A stretch of DNA of 64,000 nt from Fistulifera solaris (Eukaryota). This document shows, piece after piece, positions 46,574 to 58,440 of this stretch (position 1 is the stretch's first letter; each line of letters starts with the position of its first letter). A program made the translations under genes and the position numbers. The stretch spans positions 868,001 to 932,000 of the forward strand of contig AP026167.1 in NCBI GenBank assembly GCA_030295235.1, given 5' to 3'. The notes under the pieces are model-generated. The model was not told the origin of the DNA. It searched no databases and worked only from the letters and a program-made list of their open reading frames with translations.

Positions 46574-47228
46574 GGAAATAATGAAAGATGCAAGCTAAAG
46601 CAGCTGATTAACGAAACGAACGAAGAATGACAGTAAAGATGAGAGCTATTTGAATACAACCAGCGTTTGGGACTCGTTCACTTTTGACGCTTGAGACACG
46701 AAAGCTAGCGATTTTGACATTACCTCGGACAAAATTCCATGCCGTCAAATCCATCAAATATCATTTCACCCATATAAAGCAACTTCACTCTACCGATGGA
46801 CAATTGGGCATTGCCTAAGGAGGACGAATAACATCCGCGGCCCTATGCATGAGGAGTGGAAACATGTGAGACGCAATCTCATGCTACTTGCTGATATTCG
46901 AATACCTACCTCGACTATGAGTAGAGGGTCTGAGTTCTCGCACGATACGCTCAAACTCTTGAAAAGAGACGTTTACGTAATGGTAGAATCACTTCTTTGG
47001 AAAGCATTGTTCTGTGATCGACCTCCTTTCTTGTCCAAAACGTAAAGGCTACACAACTGCTGAGAAACAGCGCCAAGGAAGCGGCAGACGCGGTCCATGC
47101 TTCTTCGCTCATTCAGTTACACCAAGAGCTCGTGAACGTTGTTGATATATATTTCAACTGATGTTAATTATGCGCCACATTTGAAAGAATAAGAAATTAT
47201 AATCATTTATCAATGCATTTTGGCTTAA

Positions 47229-47647
47229 GAAGTGTTGACCGCTTTTCAACATGACTGGATTGCAGTCACGAGTAGTGACAGTTCGTCATTGCAAAAATGA
47301 TCACTCGATTGTGACACTTCCCTCTTATTTGATTTTTTCTAACATTTGCATGTGCCAGAGGGGATGATTTAATCAATGCTTACTTTTGGAACACACTTGT
47401 CGATGAGTAACGTCGAAAATGGTCTCTAATGCTGGACTTTCATTTTCACTATAGTGTCGAAGTGTTGACCGCTTTTCAACATGACTGGATTGCAGTCACG
47501 AGTAGTGACAGTTCGTCATTGCAAAAATGATCACTCGATTGTGACACTTCCCTCTTATTTGATTTTTTCTAACATTTGCATGTGCCAGAGGGGATGATTT
47601 AATCACTGCTTACTTTTGGAACACACTTGTCGATGAGTAACGTCGAA
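47229..47647. repeat. Direct duplication, 189 bp with 230-bp period, probably in or at the copia 3' LTR
   Basis: 47229-47417 vs 47459-47647 differ at one base (aatcaatgct vs aatcactgct). Confidence 0.93.
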
Positions 47648-47934
47648 GATGACCTCTACTAGCAAAGATAAATGTTCCTCTGAGCGGTTATCCAATGAAC
47701 AACCGCAATAACAAGATCAACTTCAGATACAAAGCCAATCGGTAACTCAACACTTCTTAATTATGATTACTCTACGTCTGGTGTTCGAACAAGATTGCTC
47801 TTTGGCAACACTGACGTAAGTCCGTCATACGTGTAATTTTGACTCATGACTGAATAAGTCTCGTTCTCTCTCAATCGTAGCTTCGAACTTCTTCCTAAAT
47901 CCTAAATTCTCTAAACATATAATCTTGACAAGTC

Positions 47935-49545
47935 TCACCAACCCATCAATAATCTGCGCTTTGTTTCCAAACTCTCCCTTTGATAAGCCCTTCAGTAAAT
48001 ATATCTGCTTTCTGCTCAGCCGTATCAATGTGTCTCGCTTCGATTTCTCCATCTTTGATATGCAAAATGAACGACCAATGCTTGCAACCAATATGCTTTG
48101 TCCGAGGGGTCATCTTTGGATAAGAATTATTCATCATAGTAAGCGCTCCATTGTTGTCTTCCCACACAATAGAAACGGTAGACTCGGCACTGCGCTTAAT
48201 CTTGAGATGCTCAGTCAACTCTTCCATCACTTCGCGTCACGGGTAACAGCTGTTTCATCACCATAGATGCAGCAATAAATTCCGCTTCCATAGTAGACAA
48301 TGAGATCTCACTTTGTAACTTCGATCCCCAAAGTACTGGAACACCTCCAAGTGTAATAACGTAACCAGTTCGACTTTTCACGCTCATTAGGATTGTTCGC
48401 TCTTCAGAATTCCATAATCCCGCAAAATCAGCATCCACATACAGATCCAATCTCAAAACTTTATCTGGATAAATAATCATCCCACGATCACTTGTAGCTT
48501 TCAAATATTGACCAATTCGTTTCAATGCTATCTCATGCACTCGCTTCGGGCAATGCGTAAACCTCACACATTGATGCACCGCAAATGCAATATCCGGTCG
48601 AGAGTTTGACGCCAAATACATCATCATTCCAACAACAGAGGCATACGACCACTTCTCAACACACTCTTCTCCATCAGGATTCTTTCCTAATGTTTTCTAT
48701 TCAGCAGGTGTCGAACTCCTCCGACAGTCCTGTAAACCCATAGTAACCAAAATTTGATCAATCAATCCTTCTTGTAATAGCTCAATCGACCCATCATCCT
48801 TTCTTTGAATCAAAATCCCAAGGACCCAGCAACATCATCCTCAATATTCAACTGAAACCTTTGGAACTTCTCATTGTTACGTAAGTCATCAATCACTGCA
48901 TCAATGTCGTGTTTGTCATTAGCGAAGAACAAACAATCATCAACGTAGGTCAAACAAATCACTTTCTTTGACATAAACAAACAAGGCTCATTCTTTGACT
49001 GAACAAATCCTCAATCTTCCAATCCCTTCTTCAAACAATTAAAGAAGTTCAGGGGACTCTGTCTCAACCCGTAAACACTTTTCTTCAATCTCAAAATGTA
49101 TCCCGGACACTTGAATCCTTTTGGCATCTCACAGAACACTTCCTCATTCAGGTCAGCTTGCACAAAGCGCCAACGTGTAGTTGACTTGCTTTGTAGCCAA
49201 TCCACAACAAGCGAACAGTACTCCACCGAAACCGCCGGGCATAGGCCTCAAAGAAATCAATGCCCTCAATTTGACAATCTCCTTGAATGCACCATCTTGC
49301 CTTAAATTTCTTGATCGGACCATCTTACATTTGAACGTCCAATTACTCAACTGCGTCAGATCTTGGAACCATGTCTCAAGGATCCAAACTCTCTAATGAC
49401 TCGATCTCATCGACCATTGCTTGATGATAGCCTTCGCTATTTGGTCCATTCATCGCTTGATAATAGTTTGGAGTGTCTTCGTTGTTCGCTTTTGCAGCAA
49501 ATGCCAAAGGATGCAAAAGATATCACCACTGCCTTTCCACAAAGC
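47935..49545 (-). mobile_element. Ty1/copia LTR retrotransposon pol fragment (RT + RNase H), 5'-truncated and degenerate
   Basis: HPLAFAAKAN, LKKSVYGLRQSP, YVDDCLFF, SRPDIAFAV, VDADFAG, SRTGYV, LSTMEAE, WEDN, RTKHI, QKADIFT, terminal LMGW*; purine tract near 47858-47874 on the minus strand. Confidence 0.93.
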
Positions 49546-49842
49546 AGTACAGTACTGGTACCTGTACTTGTACTAGAATAACCAAACCAGGCACGGTAAC
49601 CTTACCCTTCATAGTCCCGGCTTGCGGTCATTGCATTTCGTTGGCAATGAAAAACGCGCTGAGACCATTATTCATTCACTCTTTTATCTCTTGTCTATAA
49701 TATTTTATTAATAAAGAAAACATGTAAATATGCAATTCTCCTTCTGAAACGATGGCCTGCTTTTGTGAAAACGAACATCCTCATTTCCCTTGTACATTTT
49801 GCAAAGTACGGTCAGTCATTTGGTTTATCAGGTATCAATGCT

Positions 49843-50662
49843 CTACTTGTGATGCCCATGATGATAGTCCTTATGATGACCGTGGTGATAATGCTTGTGC
49901 TTGTGGCTGTGTTCGTACTCCTGTTCGTCGTCATGCATAATGATGCTTGTTGCTGTGACTCGCATGCCCGTAACTTTCGGTTTCCTCACCGTATTTCTTG
50001 TGGCCTTGCTTCTTCTTGCCATGGTGCTTTCCCTTTTTATGATGCTTGTACCCATCCCCGTGTTTCGTTTTCTTCATCAGCTGTGCTTGTACTTGCCACT
50101 GCGCTTCACGTTCCTCATGATGCTTGTATTCATTGTGATGCTTATCCTGGTTGTGGTGCTTCTTTTTATTATGGTGCCTGTTCCTGTCATTGTTGTGGCG
50201 TTTTTCTTCATGATGATGCTTCTTCTGAGGCTGTGATTTTCCGGTTCGTACTTTTTGCTCTGTTGGTCCTCCTCATGGTGTTTTCCCTTTCGGTTCTGCT
50301 TGTTTTTGTCATGAGGGTTGTCATTATTATGGTGTTTCTTCTTTACATCATTGTGATGCTTCTTTTGAGGGCGGTGCTCGTTTACGTGGTCTTCCTCTTC
50401 TTCGCTTGCTCTTCGGTTTCAAAGTATCATTGTCTTCTTCATTATCTTCGTGGTGCCTATTATGGCGATCGTGGTCGGTTGTGGCGGTTGTGCCAATTTT
50501 GGCGATCATGATGACGATGACGGAGATTGCGTTCTTCTACTTTGTCGACGGCTTGTTCTGGAATACCCGAAGAGCTGGCCGGCGAGTGTAGTAGCCGATG
50601 GATAGGTTCCCTTCCCGGTCATAGCAGCGAGGGAAGAACATCAAGGATAGAAGAGCATTCAT
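49843..50662 (-). CDS. Putative secreted His/Lys/Glu-rich protein with RXL site; reading frame broken by several indels
   Basis: Stitched frames: MNALLSLMFFLAAM..., LRGIPEQAVDKVEERNL, then many KHH/RHH motifs, ending HHGHHKDYHHGHHK*. Confidence 0.65.
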
Positions 50663-51547
50663 GGTGATGGTTGCAGTACTCTGGAATAAGTCAGAAACAA
50701 TCATGTGTGAGGTCGCATTCATGCAATGTTGGAACTCTGGAGGCCGTATCTTTGGTGCATTGTACCTGTTATTGTATTTCACTGACTATTCAAGCAAGTG
50801 AATTTAATCAATCTTTCGAATGGTAGAATAAATGATTCGTAAGAACCAAGAGAGCAGTCTTTTCTTTTATGAGGCAACAACTGTGATTGAAAGGAAAGCA
50901 AAAGGAACAGAGACATGCAAATCAATCAGATCACGAGATACATACTCAAACATTTTTATCCCTACCTCATGTAGAAAGATCAAGTTTTGTGGTTTGGAAC
51001 TACCAGGTAAGGCCCACTATAATATCATCCTCGCGACCTACAGCACGGCGCCAACCTTAAGCTTCGGGACAATTTTCCGCGCCACCAACACGCCGGCAAG
51101 GTCTGTCATTGGATAACACGATTGAGAACTGTCCACGGAGTGTCGCTGTTTCTTTTCCTCAGGCAGTACAAATCGTGTTCATTTATTCGATCGATTGCTC
51201 TTCTCGAAAGATACGACACTGTGTGATACTGCAAGCACAAAAGTGTACGGCTTCCCGTCATTTTTGTGTTTTTTCTTTTGTTCTTCTTCAAACGTTTGCG
51301 ATGAAAAAAAAAATGATGATGCTCATTACTCATTATTTCTCATGGTCGCGGACCATAATTCACCTAAACCAACATTATGCCCTTTGATCGTGCTTAAAAC
51401 AAAACGATCGACAGAAACATTTCTATTTAATGGTAAAGGAAATCGAATTCTCCTCATTTCCCCGCTCGACCGTTTCATGAGAACCGAAGGATATTAGACA
51501 ATCTGAGTTTTATTCACCTGCAAATCCTGGAAATCACGTCGTACATC

Positions 51548-52635
51548 ATGCCGTCTTTGCATCAGCGAATGACGTTCGGAGCCATTTGGAAAGATGTGCA
51601 TTCTACCTACGCTCACCTCGTCACTCCGGCAACCCTTCTGATCTTATTTGTGCATCTTGGACGAGTTATTCTTTTAGTCACAAGTCAAATGTACCACGCC
51701 AGTTACAATGCTGAGCACGGTGGGAATCAAGATACTTTTTGGTCGCCAATTTATCATTATCATGACGACGAAAGAAACAACCCGCGATGGTTCCGCGCTG
51801 AACCGCAAACAAATTCACGATCGACAATGTACTGGACGATTTTAACCGGTCTGGCCTTTGCTATGGAACTAGTGTCACGCTTTCATATGCACGCCTTTGT
51901 CGCACGCGGTTGTGTGGACATTTACAATGGCAAAGAAACGAACTGGATAGCGACCTGCAAAGCTGTTTATTCGAAATGCGGTGTAGCTTGCATGATGCTC
52001 GTTTTCCTGGTAACAGTCTGTCATAATAAACTGTACGGCGAAACAATCTATCTGCTATTAGCCGCGCTCGGTTCCAGCTTTCAGAAGAGACACGTCGATA
52101 CGCTCGACGACGAGTTGATTTTCATTCTTGTCGAACTGGGCATGCTCATCTACTTCGTCGGTCCAATGCTTCTCGTTATACCCGTCTACATGAACGAGAA
52201 CGACGCTTCGATGACCTGTTGGGAAGCGACCCAACGAGCTTGGCAGCTCGCGGAGGGATACCGTTGCCATTTCTACGCCTCCGCCACTTTCATCATGTCC
52301 TTTTCGGAGATTGCGATCAATTCTATCAATTACGTCGCGGTTTTGCTGCTGTTTGGAAAGTCCACAATCATTGCAAATCTGTTGTGCGGGCAACTTCAGC
52401 ACATTGTGTTGCCCCCATTAACCTGCGTGTAAGTCCCGCTCTGTGTGATCATGGCTTTGGTAATCCTATCACAGTCTCACGAAATGCTGTATGTAATCAT
52501 AGCCTGGGGTCAGTATTGTATCATCGTATTCGTAAACAGAAAGACAGCGAAGCAGCGCGGGTAAGCAAGCAACGATCCTCTTCTAATGTGATACCTGTTC
52601 TCCAAGCGACTCCCGTGTACGCAACTGCGCTCTGA
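51548..52635 (+). CDS. Polytopic membrane protein of unknown function, 2 exons
   Basis: About six hydrophobic segments; intron 52429-52502 (GTAAGT...TAG) joins CV|LGSVLY in frame; YMNE...EATQRAWQL..G resembles uncharacterised membrane families. Confidence 0.8.
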
Positions 52636-53061
52636 TAAATCCCCTTTATTTGTACTCTTTTGGTGACGTTTTTGATATCTGACCCGAAGGCGGAGATTGA
52701 CAAGTGCTCAAATGTGTCCATGGCCCGATTTTAGGGCTCTAGCTTGTTGCGGTGAAACAGAAGTAGAATGATCTGTAAATGGGATTCAAAGCGGATGCAG
52801 TGTATCAACGTGCCGCTTACCAGGTACCGGTAGCATCCACGTTTGTTATTACTTGAACATTCAATCCAGCTTCGTGCTTAAATTCATACTCTTTGGACGT
52901 AGTTGTATCCTGATAGCGAGTCGTCGTTGTCGTTCGATGCGGCATGGGCTGCGAGGGATCGTTCCGTACCCTTTGTTAAGATCGCCGCTAACTATTGCAA
53001 AAGAATAATCAATGACCGTACCAGGTAACCAGCTATTTATGTAATCGTGACAAACTGATGC

Positions 53062-54428
53062 TTACGCAATTGCCCCGCGTAAAGAGGAAGAAGCAGACTT
53101 ATCACAAGTGACTCCGATTTGCTGCGCCATTTCCGCCTGCTCTGCGTTCAAACACAAGTTGCCCATTCCTTGGAGATCACAGAATTCACAAGGATTACCT
53201 GCCGAGTCTGTCGCCGCCTTGCAGCCATCTTTCGTCGGGTTCTGCAAGAAAGTTAGAGCACACATCGGATCGTAGGGGTCCTCAAGACTTTCCTCTCCAT
53301 CCGTCATGTCCGACGAGTCGTCGCAAGAAATTCCAATACTACCAGCAACCTTTGCTTGTTCCATGCTGAAGCACCAAGGAGTTCCTTCTAAGTTGCAGAA
53401 TACGCAAGCTTTTCCAACTGAATCGGTCGAAGTCTTGCATGCTTGTTCCGTAGGATTCTGAAGGAAAGCTAGACCGCATGCAGGATCAAAAGGGTTCTCA
53501 ATAGCCTTTCCGTCATCTTTGCTAGTCGCGATCGACGAATCGCAAGTGACTCCGATCTGCTGCGCCATTTCCGCTTGCTCTGCATTCCAACACAAGTTAC
53601 CCATTCCTTGAAGATCGCAAAACTCACAAGCGTTGCCGTCCGAGTCTGTGGCGGCCTTGCATCCCTCTTTGTAGGATTCTGCAAGAAGGAAAGAGCACAC
53701 ATCGGGTCGTAAGGGCCTTGCACTTTATCCTTGTGTGAATCGCAAGTGACTCCGATCTGCTGCGCCATTTCCGCTTGTTCTGCATTCAAACACAAGTTGC
53801 CCATTCCTTGGACATCGCAAAACTCACAGGCATTACCATCCGAGTCTGTCGCGGCCTTGCATCCATCTTTTGTAGGATTCTGCAAGAAGGAGAGGGCACA
53901 CATCGGGTCGTAAGGATCCGCGACGTACAAAGAGTCTTCATTCTCGGTATTTTGATTCTCTTCTCGATCGTTCGCTCCGCAATCAAACCAATCACTCTCT
54001 TTCGCAGCGTCCGCCGAAGGACCCGTCATACAAACTCCAAATCCTGCTTTCGTTTTGCACCAAGTACACTCGGTAGCAGTACATGCATCCGCAGTCTTCT
54101 GCAACAGACACTTCCAGTAGTTATCGGGGATCGTATCATCGGAAGGAGCGACACCATCATCGGTTTCGGGCGCCGCATCATCGTTACCGTTCGGTCCGTT
54201 ACGTTCACACTGCACTCCCGGAACACTCTTTTCCATCGATTCCGCTTGTCCTTCATCGACACAGAAACCAAATTGCGAGAGAGAACACCAGACGCAATTT
54301 GATCCGTCATCATCCTTGTGACTCAAGCAGCTCGGTTCGTCGGTAGCGGAGAATGTGCAGGCAAACTGCGCGTTTGCTGCTTTGCTTTGCAAGAAGAACA
54401 GAACGAACGATGACACAATTAACTTCAT
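53062..54428 (-). CDS. Secreted Cys-rich repeat protein (one frameshift near 53670)
   Basis: Signal peptide MKLIVSSFVLFFLQSKAANA; four ~60-aa repeats DPYDPMCALxFLQNPTKDGCK...CEFCD...LCLNAEQA...GVTCD. Confidence 0.85.
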
Positions 54429-54674
54429 GATAGTTACAACAAAATACTTGCAAGAGAAAGAGACAGAAAGGATTGTGCGAACACCACGAATGAAACAAAA
54501 TCTTTCCGCAGCAAGTCTTATTTTTTATATTTCCCAATTCGCTGTCAACGCAAAATAAAACGGAGACACTTTTTTCTGTCCCGTTCCGTTACACGTTTCT
54601 TCTAGAAAGTGGAAACGACACTTCTTGCTGACGTCATAAGTCACGATGTGACGTAAATGTAAAAGGATACGACG

Positions 54675-54717
<43 letters not shown>
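54675..54717. repeat. (CAA)n microsatellite, about 14 units
   Basis: Direct reading. Confidence 0.95.
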
Positions 54718-54888
54718 AATTCTTTCGACCATGGGCAACGAGAGCACGACGCGAGGCAACTAACATAAGGCAACCATGGCCATGTACGTCAATAATCAGT
54801 TTTATTCTCTATGTGGAATCCAGTAATCTGCGCAATAAGAAGCCGAAGAATAAAACAACAATGAACTAGTTAAGTTTATGATGTACGC

Positions 54889-56887
54889 TTATGAACGTCC
54901 TCCTCGTGTTCTTCTTCCTGCCTTGCAAGCACCAAACAAGGGCGTTGTCGGCGGTGATACAGGAGCAGAAACTGGTTTAGAGACAGGAGGATTCGCAGGT
55001 GTAGGCGAACTGACACCCACTGTACAGGAATTCCCTTTGCATTTGAGACCGTTACAACAATCTCGATCGGTTTGACATCCCCAAGTCACGGCGTTGCAAT
55101 TGGTCAAGGCGCCGTTGGCTAGCCAAATGAAGTCGCCATCGCAAGAATTGCACGTCGCCTCGGTTGTACCACACCAGGATGCATCGCAATTTTTGAAAGA
55201 ACTCGAGCAACAACCTGTAGGCGAAGAAGCGACTGGTGATGACTCGACGGGCGATGAAGCTGGTGATGTGACGGGGGAACCAGCAGGAGCTGAAGCTGGT
55301 GATGTGACAGGAGAACCAGCAGGAGCTGAAGCTGGTGATGTGACGGGAGAACCAGCAGGAGCTGAAGCTGGTGATGTGACGGGGGAACTAGCAGGAGACG
55401 AAGCTGGTGATGTGATGGGGGAACTAGCAGGAGACGAAGCTGGTGACCGCGTCCCGGGTACACAGGAACTACCACTGCATTTGAGTCCGTTACAGCAGTC
55501 TGTATCCTTGGAGCATCCCCACGTCCTGGGGTTGCAATTCGACAGGGGACCGTTCGATAGCCACGTAAAATCGACGCCGCACGACTTACAAGCTGCTTCC
55601 GTTTCTCCGCACCACTTTGCATCGCAATCCTTGAAGGAGCCAGAACAGCATCCGGATCCGCTATAGGGAGGAAGAGGCGAAGATACTGGAGATGCTGCCG
55701 GACTTGTGGGTGCTGTTGGCCCCACAGGGCAATTGACATATTCGGTGCAAGCTCCGTCGGGGCCTCGACAATAGGGAGCCGTGCAGTCGCACTGGCACGT
55801 TTGTCCGTTGAATTTTCCAAACAAGCAGCCCGTATCACGCGGAGCGAAACAAAGCTTTTGTTCAGGACAGCTTTGTACATATTGCGATGCCGGAACCGGG
55901 TTTTGCATCCACTGCAAGATTTCGTACGATGTCACAAAAAGACATCCTCGTACGTGTCCATGATTTCTTGAATCCAAGCCGCAAAGACTTCTCCGTTCGC
56001 CACGAGCCACGATGCGTGAAAGAAAAGTCCAAGGGGCGCTCGATTTCCGTTGTAGCGCTTCAAAAAGTTGGGATGGATCAAATCGGCAATGACGGCATTG
56101 CCGCCCTTGGGATTGGGATAGTCCATGGGGATCTCGGCTTGATTGTTAGCATCGTACAGTGACCACATCGGTATTTCCCAAAGACCAGGAGCAGGGGAGA
56201 TTTGAACGCTTGGCTTGACGGTTTGAAACTGGTCGATGTTTGGCTGTTCGAGAGTGAAAGGCCACGTGTGATTGCGGCCTCTCTGATTCGCCGTATGATC
56301 GACTGGACCTATTGACGAATCGTAGAGGAAGCCTAATTGATGAAGATTCTGGAGCGTGCTGTCATCCCAGTTGAGAAACGGAGTCCGAAAGCCTCTCATT
56401 TCTTCCGCGGGGACACCACACTCAGTCGAGAGCCAGTCGACGGCGCCCTTGATTTGGGCGATGTCAGGCAAGGCAATGTGATTGAGTGTGTGCGTCCCGA
56501 TCTCGTGTCCTCCCTGTCGCAGACCTTGGACGTACTCGCATTTTGTGTTGGTTCCTTCAATCGAAACGTAGAACGTCGCTTTTAAGTTGCAGCCCGTATG
56601 AGGATCTTTGGTCTTGGCTATCTTGGAGAAGAGAAAGGAAGCGAAAGGAGTTATTGCGTCATCTAGAGTAATTGAGATCAGTAATGGCGTATCTTTAATT
56701 GGAATCACATCGTTGAATGGAAGGCGAGAAATGGGAAAATTTACTTGAGCCTGTTATTGTTTTTAACAGATGCGGAATACAATGAGATACTATTTTTGTC
56801 GACGCTACACCAAAACGCGATCGGTTTATAAAATACCTGCGCAAAGCATCCCAAGATGAGTAATTGAAGTGAAAATTTGAAGCCCAT
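54889..56887 (-). CDS. Secreted CE4 polysaccharide (chitin-type) deacetylase with Cys-rich modules and Ser/Pro linker
   Basis: Signal-peptide exon 56887-56837, intron 56836-56751; ITLDDA, ATFYVS, GHEIGTHTLNH, GFRTPFL, GFLYDSS, LWEIPM, GNRAPLGLFFH; frameshift in a T-run near 55938. Confidence 0.9.
55256..55446 (-). repeat. Coding 36-bp tandem repeat (SPASAPAGSPVT) x ~5.3
   Basis: GAAGCTGGTGA recurs at 55256, 55292, 55328, 55364, 55400, 55436. Confidence 0.92.
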
Positions 56888-58440
56888 GGTCTTTGTTGTT
56901 GCCTGCAAAGATTCTGTGTGTTCTATTCTCTTTGTCGGCGGATTTAAGTTGCTCGCAAGGTTTTAGATTATGAGCCATACCAGGTACTTTTGATTGCTGG
57001 GTAATGGTTTGTCTGCTTGATTGGATCCTCGGTGTCCTTTATGTGAACGACAGTCAAAACGTATGTTTTGAATTTTAAATTTGCAGAGACATTTTTTGGA
57101 TTTAGGAAAGCGAACGAATTCATCGAAGCTAATTGGATTCTGTGAGTGTAATAGGCTCATCTTGAATTAAGCACGCTCGTCTACATTAGCTCGTCCGATA
57201 CCCATGCTTCCACTTGTGTTGCAAACTCATTGAGTTCTTATTCTTTGATTAATTCCCACCATGGCGCGCTTGTTATGCCTAAATTCAGAACCATACTCTA
57301 AAGTGAAACCACGCTTTCTTTCTCGACCTGTTAAATGATCTTGTACCCGTGAAACACTTTGGCATAATTGTAAACTATAAAATCACATCAGTGTATCGTC
57401 TCGAAACGCAAAGATACCATCAATGAGGTTTGGTTATACGACGAGAGACGACATCCCAGTCGGTAACTATGGTCAAAAAGTCGGCGACAGAATGAACTGC
57501 TAAGAAAAGCTTGTTCGTCAGATTAGTGATGATTTGGAGCGTGTCAACATCTCGCAAGCAATACAGCAAATGTTTTCGACCTGCAGTAACTCTGTGTCGC
57601 CCTCAAGACGTCATTGCAATGGATGATAAATGATAACTCATCACAACACAAAAGCAACTTTTGTCTCATGACTGAAATTCATGGCAGTAACGAAACAAGC
57701 TCGCTAACATTTCGATCTATAGTGCGTTGTGCGAAGCCATTCGAAATTCGAACGGAACTCCGACGCATTTTACCGATCGGTCACTTGCAAGTTGCATATG
57801 TCACAGAGGAAAAAAGGGGGTAAATTTTTCACGTAGAAAAATGTACTGTGTTCTACAGCACGACTTTTGGACCTTCAACCTGTTTTTTAAAATGAAAATA
57901 TCAGCCCGAAAACGAATGATATTTAGATATTAAACATTTTAATGTGTTTTTTAAACGTTTAGGCTGTATTTTATGAAAAGAAGAAGCGAAAAGCATATTT
58001 TTTGATAGTTTTATGACCTTTCACAAAATAGGGTAAATTAAGGTGCAAAAGACATTTTTGACTTCTTGTATTCGATGCAAGCACACTTTGTATGCGACAA
58101 CCGGAGTAAAAAATATCCACGATGCAACGTTTCGAATGTCTACGTGCATTTGACGTAGCCGCCGTACTGAAATTTCTAAGTGGAGGGGAGTACCCGGATA
58201 TGGAATAACCGAGGTGTTCTTCCAGGTTACTGGTACTCACAACGGACATTTTATGTCCGTTTTTATCGCCGTTGCTAGCGAGGTGTAGAAACAACAATAC
58301 CAGAACAAGTACCAGGTGCTTTGTACTCTGCCGTGATAGATCACCGAGGATCGACGATAGTTTTCAGTCAACAGTTCTCGAGATTCTTTCTTGTATTGAC
58401 TTGACTTTGAATGCATGCATCGTCATAAAGCAACGCTCAA

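Noticed and set aside
49765..50511. 248-aa hydrophobic/Cys-rich plus-strand ORF
   Set aside because: Best explained as the antisense shadow of the His/Lys-rich minus-strand sequence
54525..54773. Poly-cysteine ORF
   Set aside because: Artefact of the (CAA)n microsatellite
55094..55880. Alternative-frame and antisense repeat ORFs (GDVTGEP, HHQLQLLL)
   Set aside because: Shadows of the 36-bp coding repeat in the deacetylase
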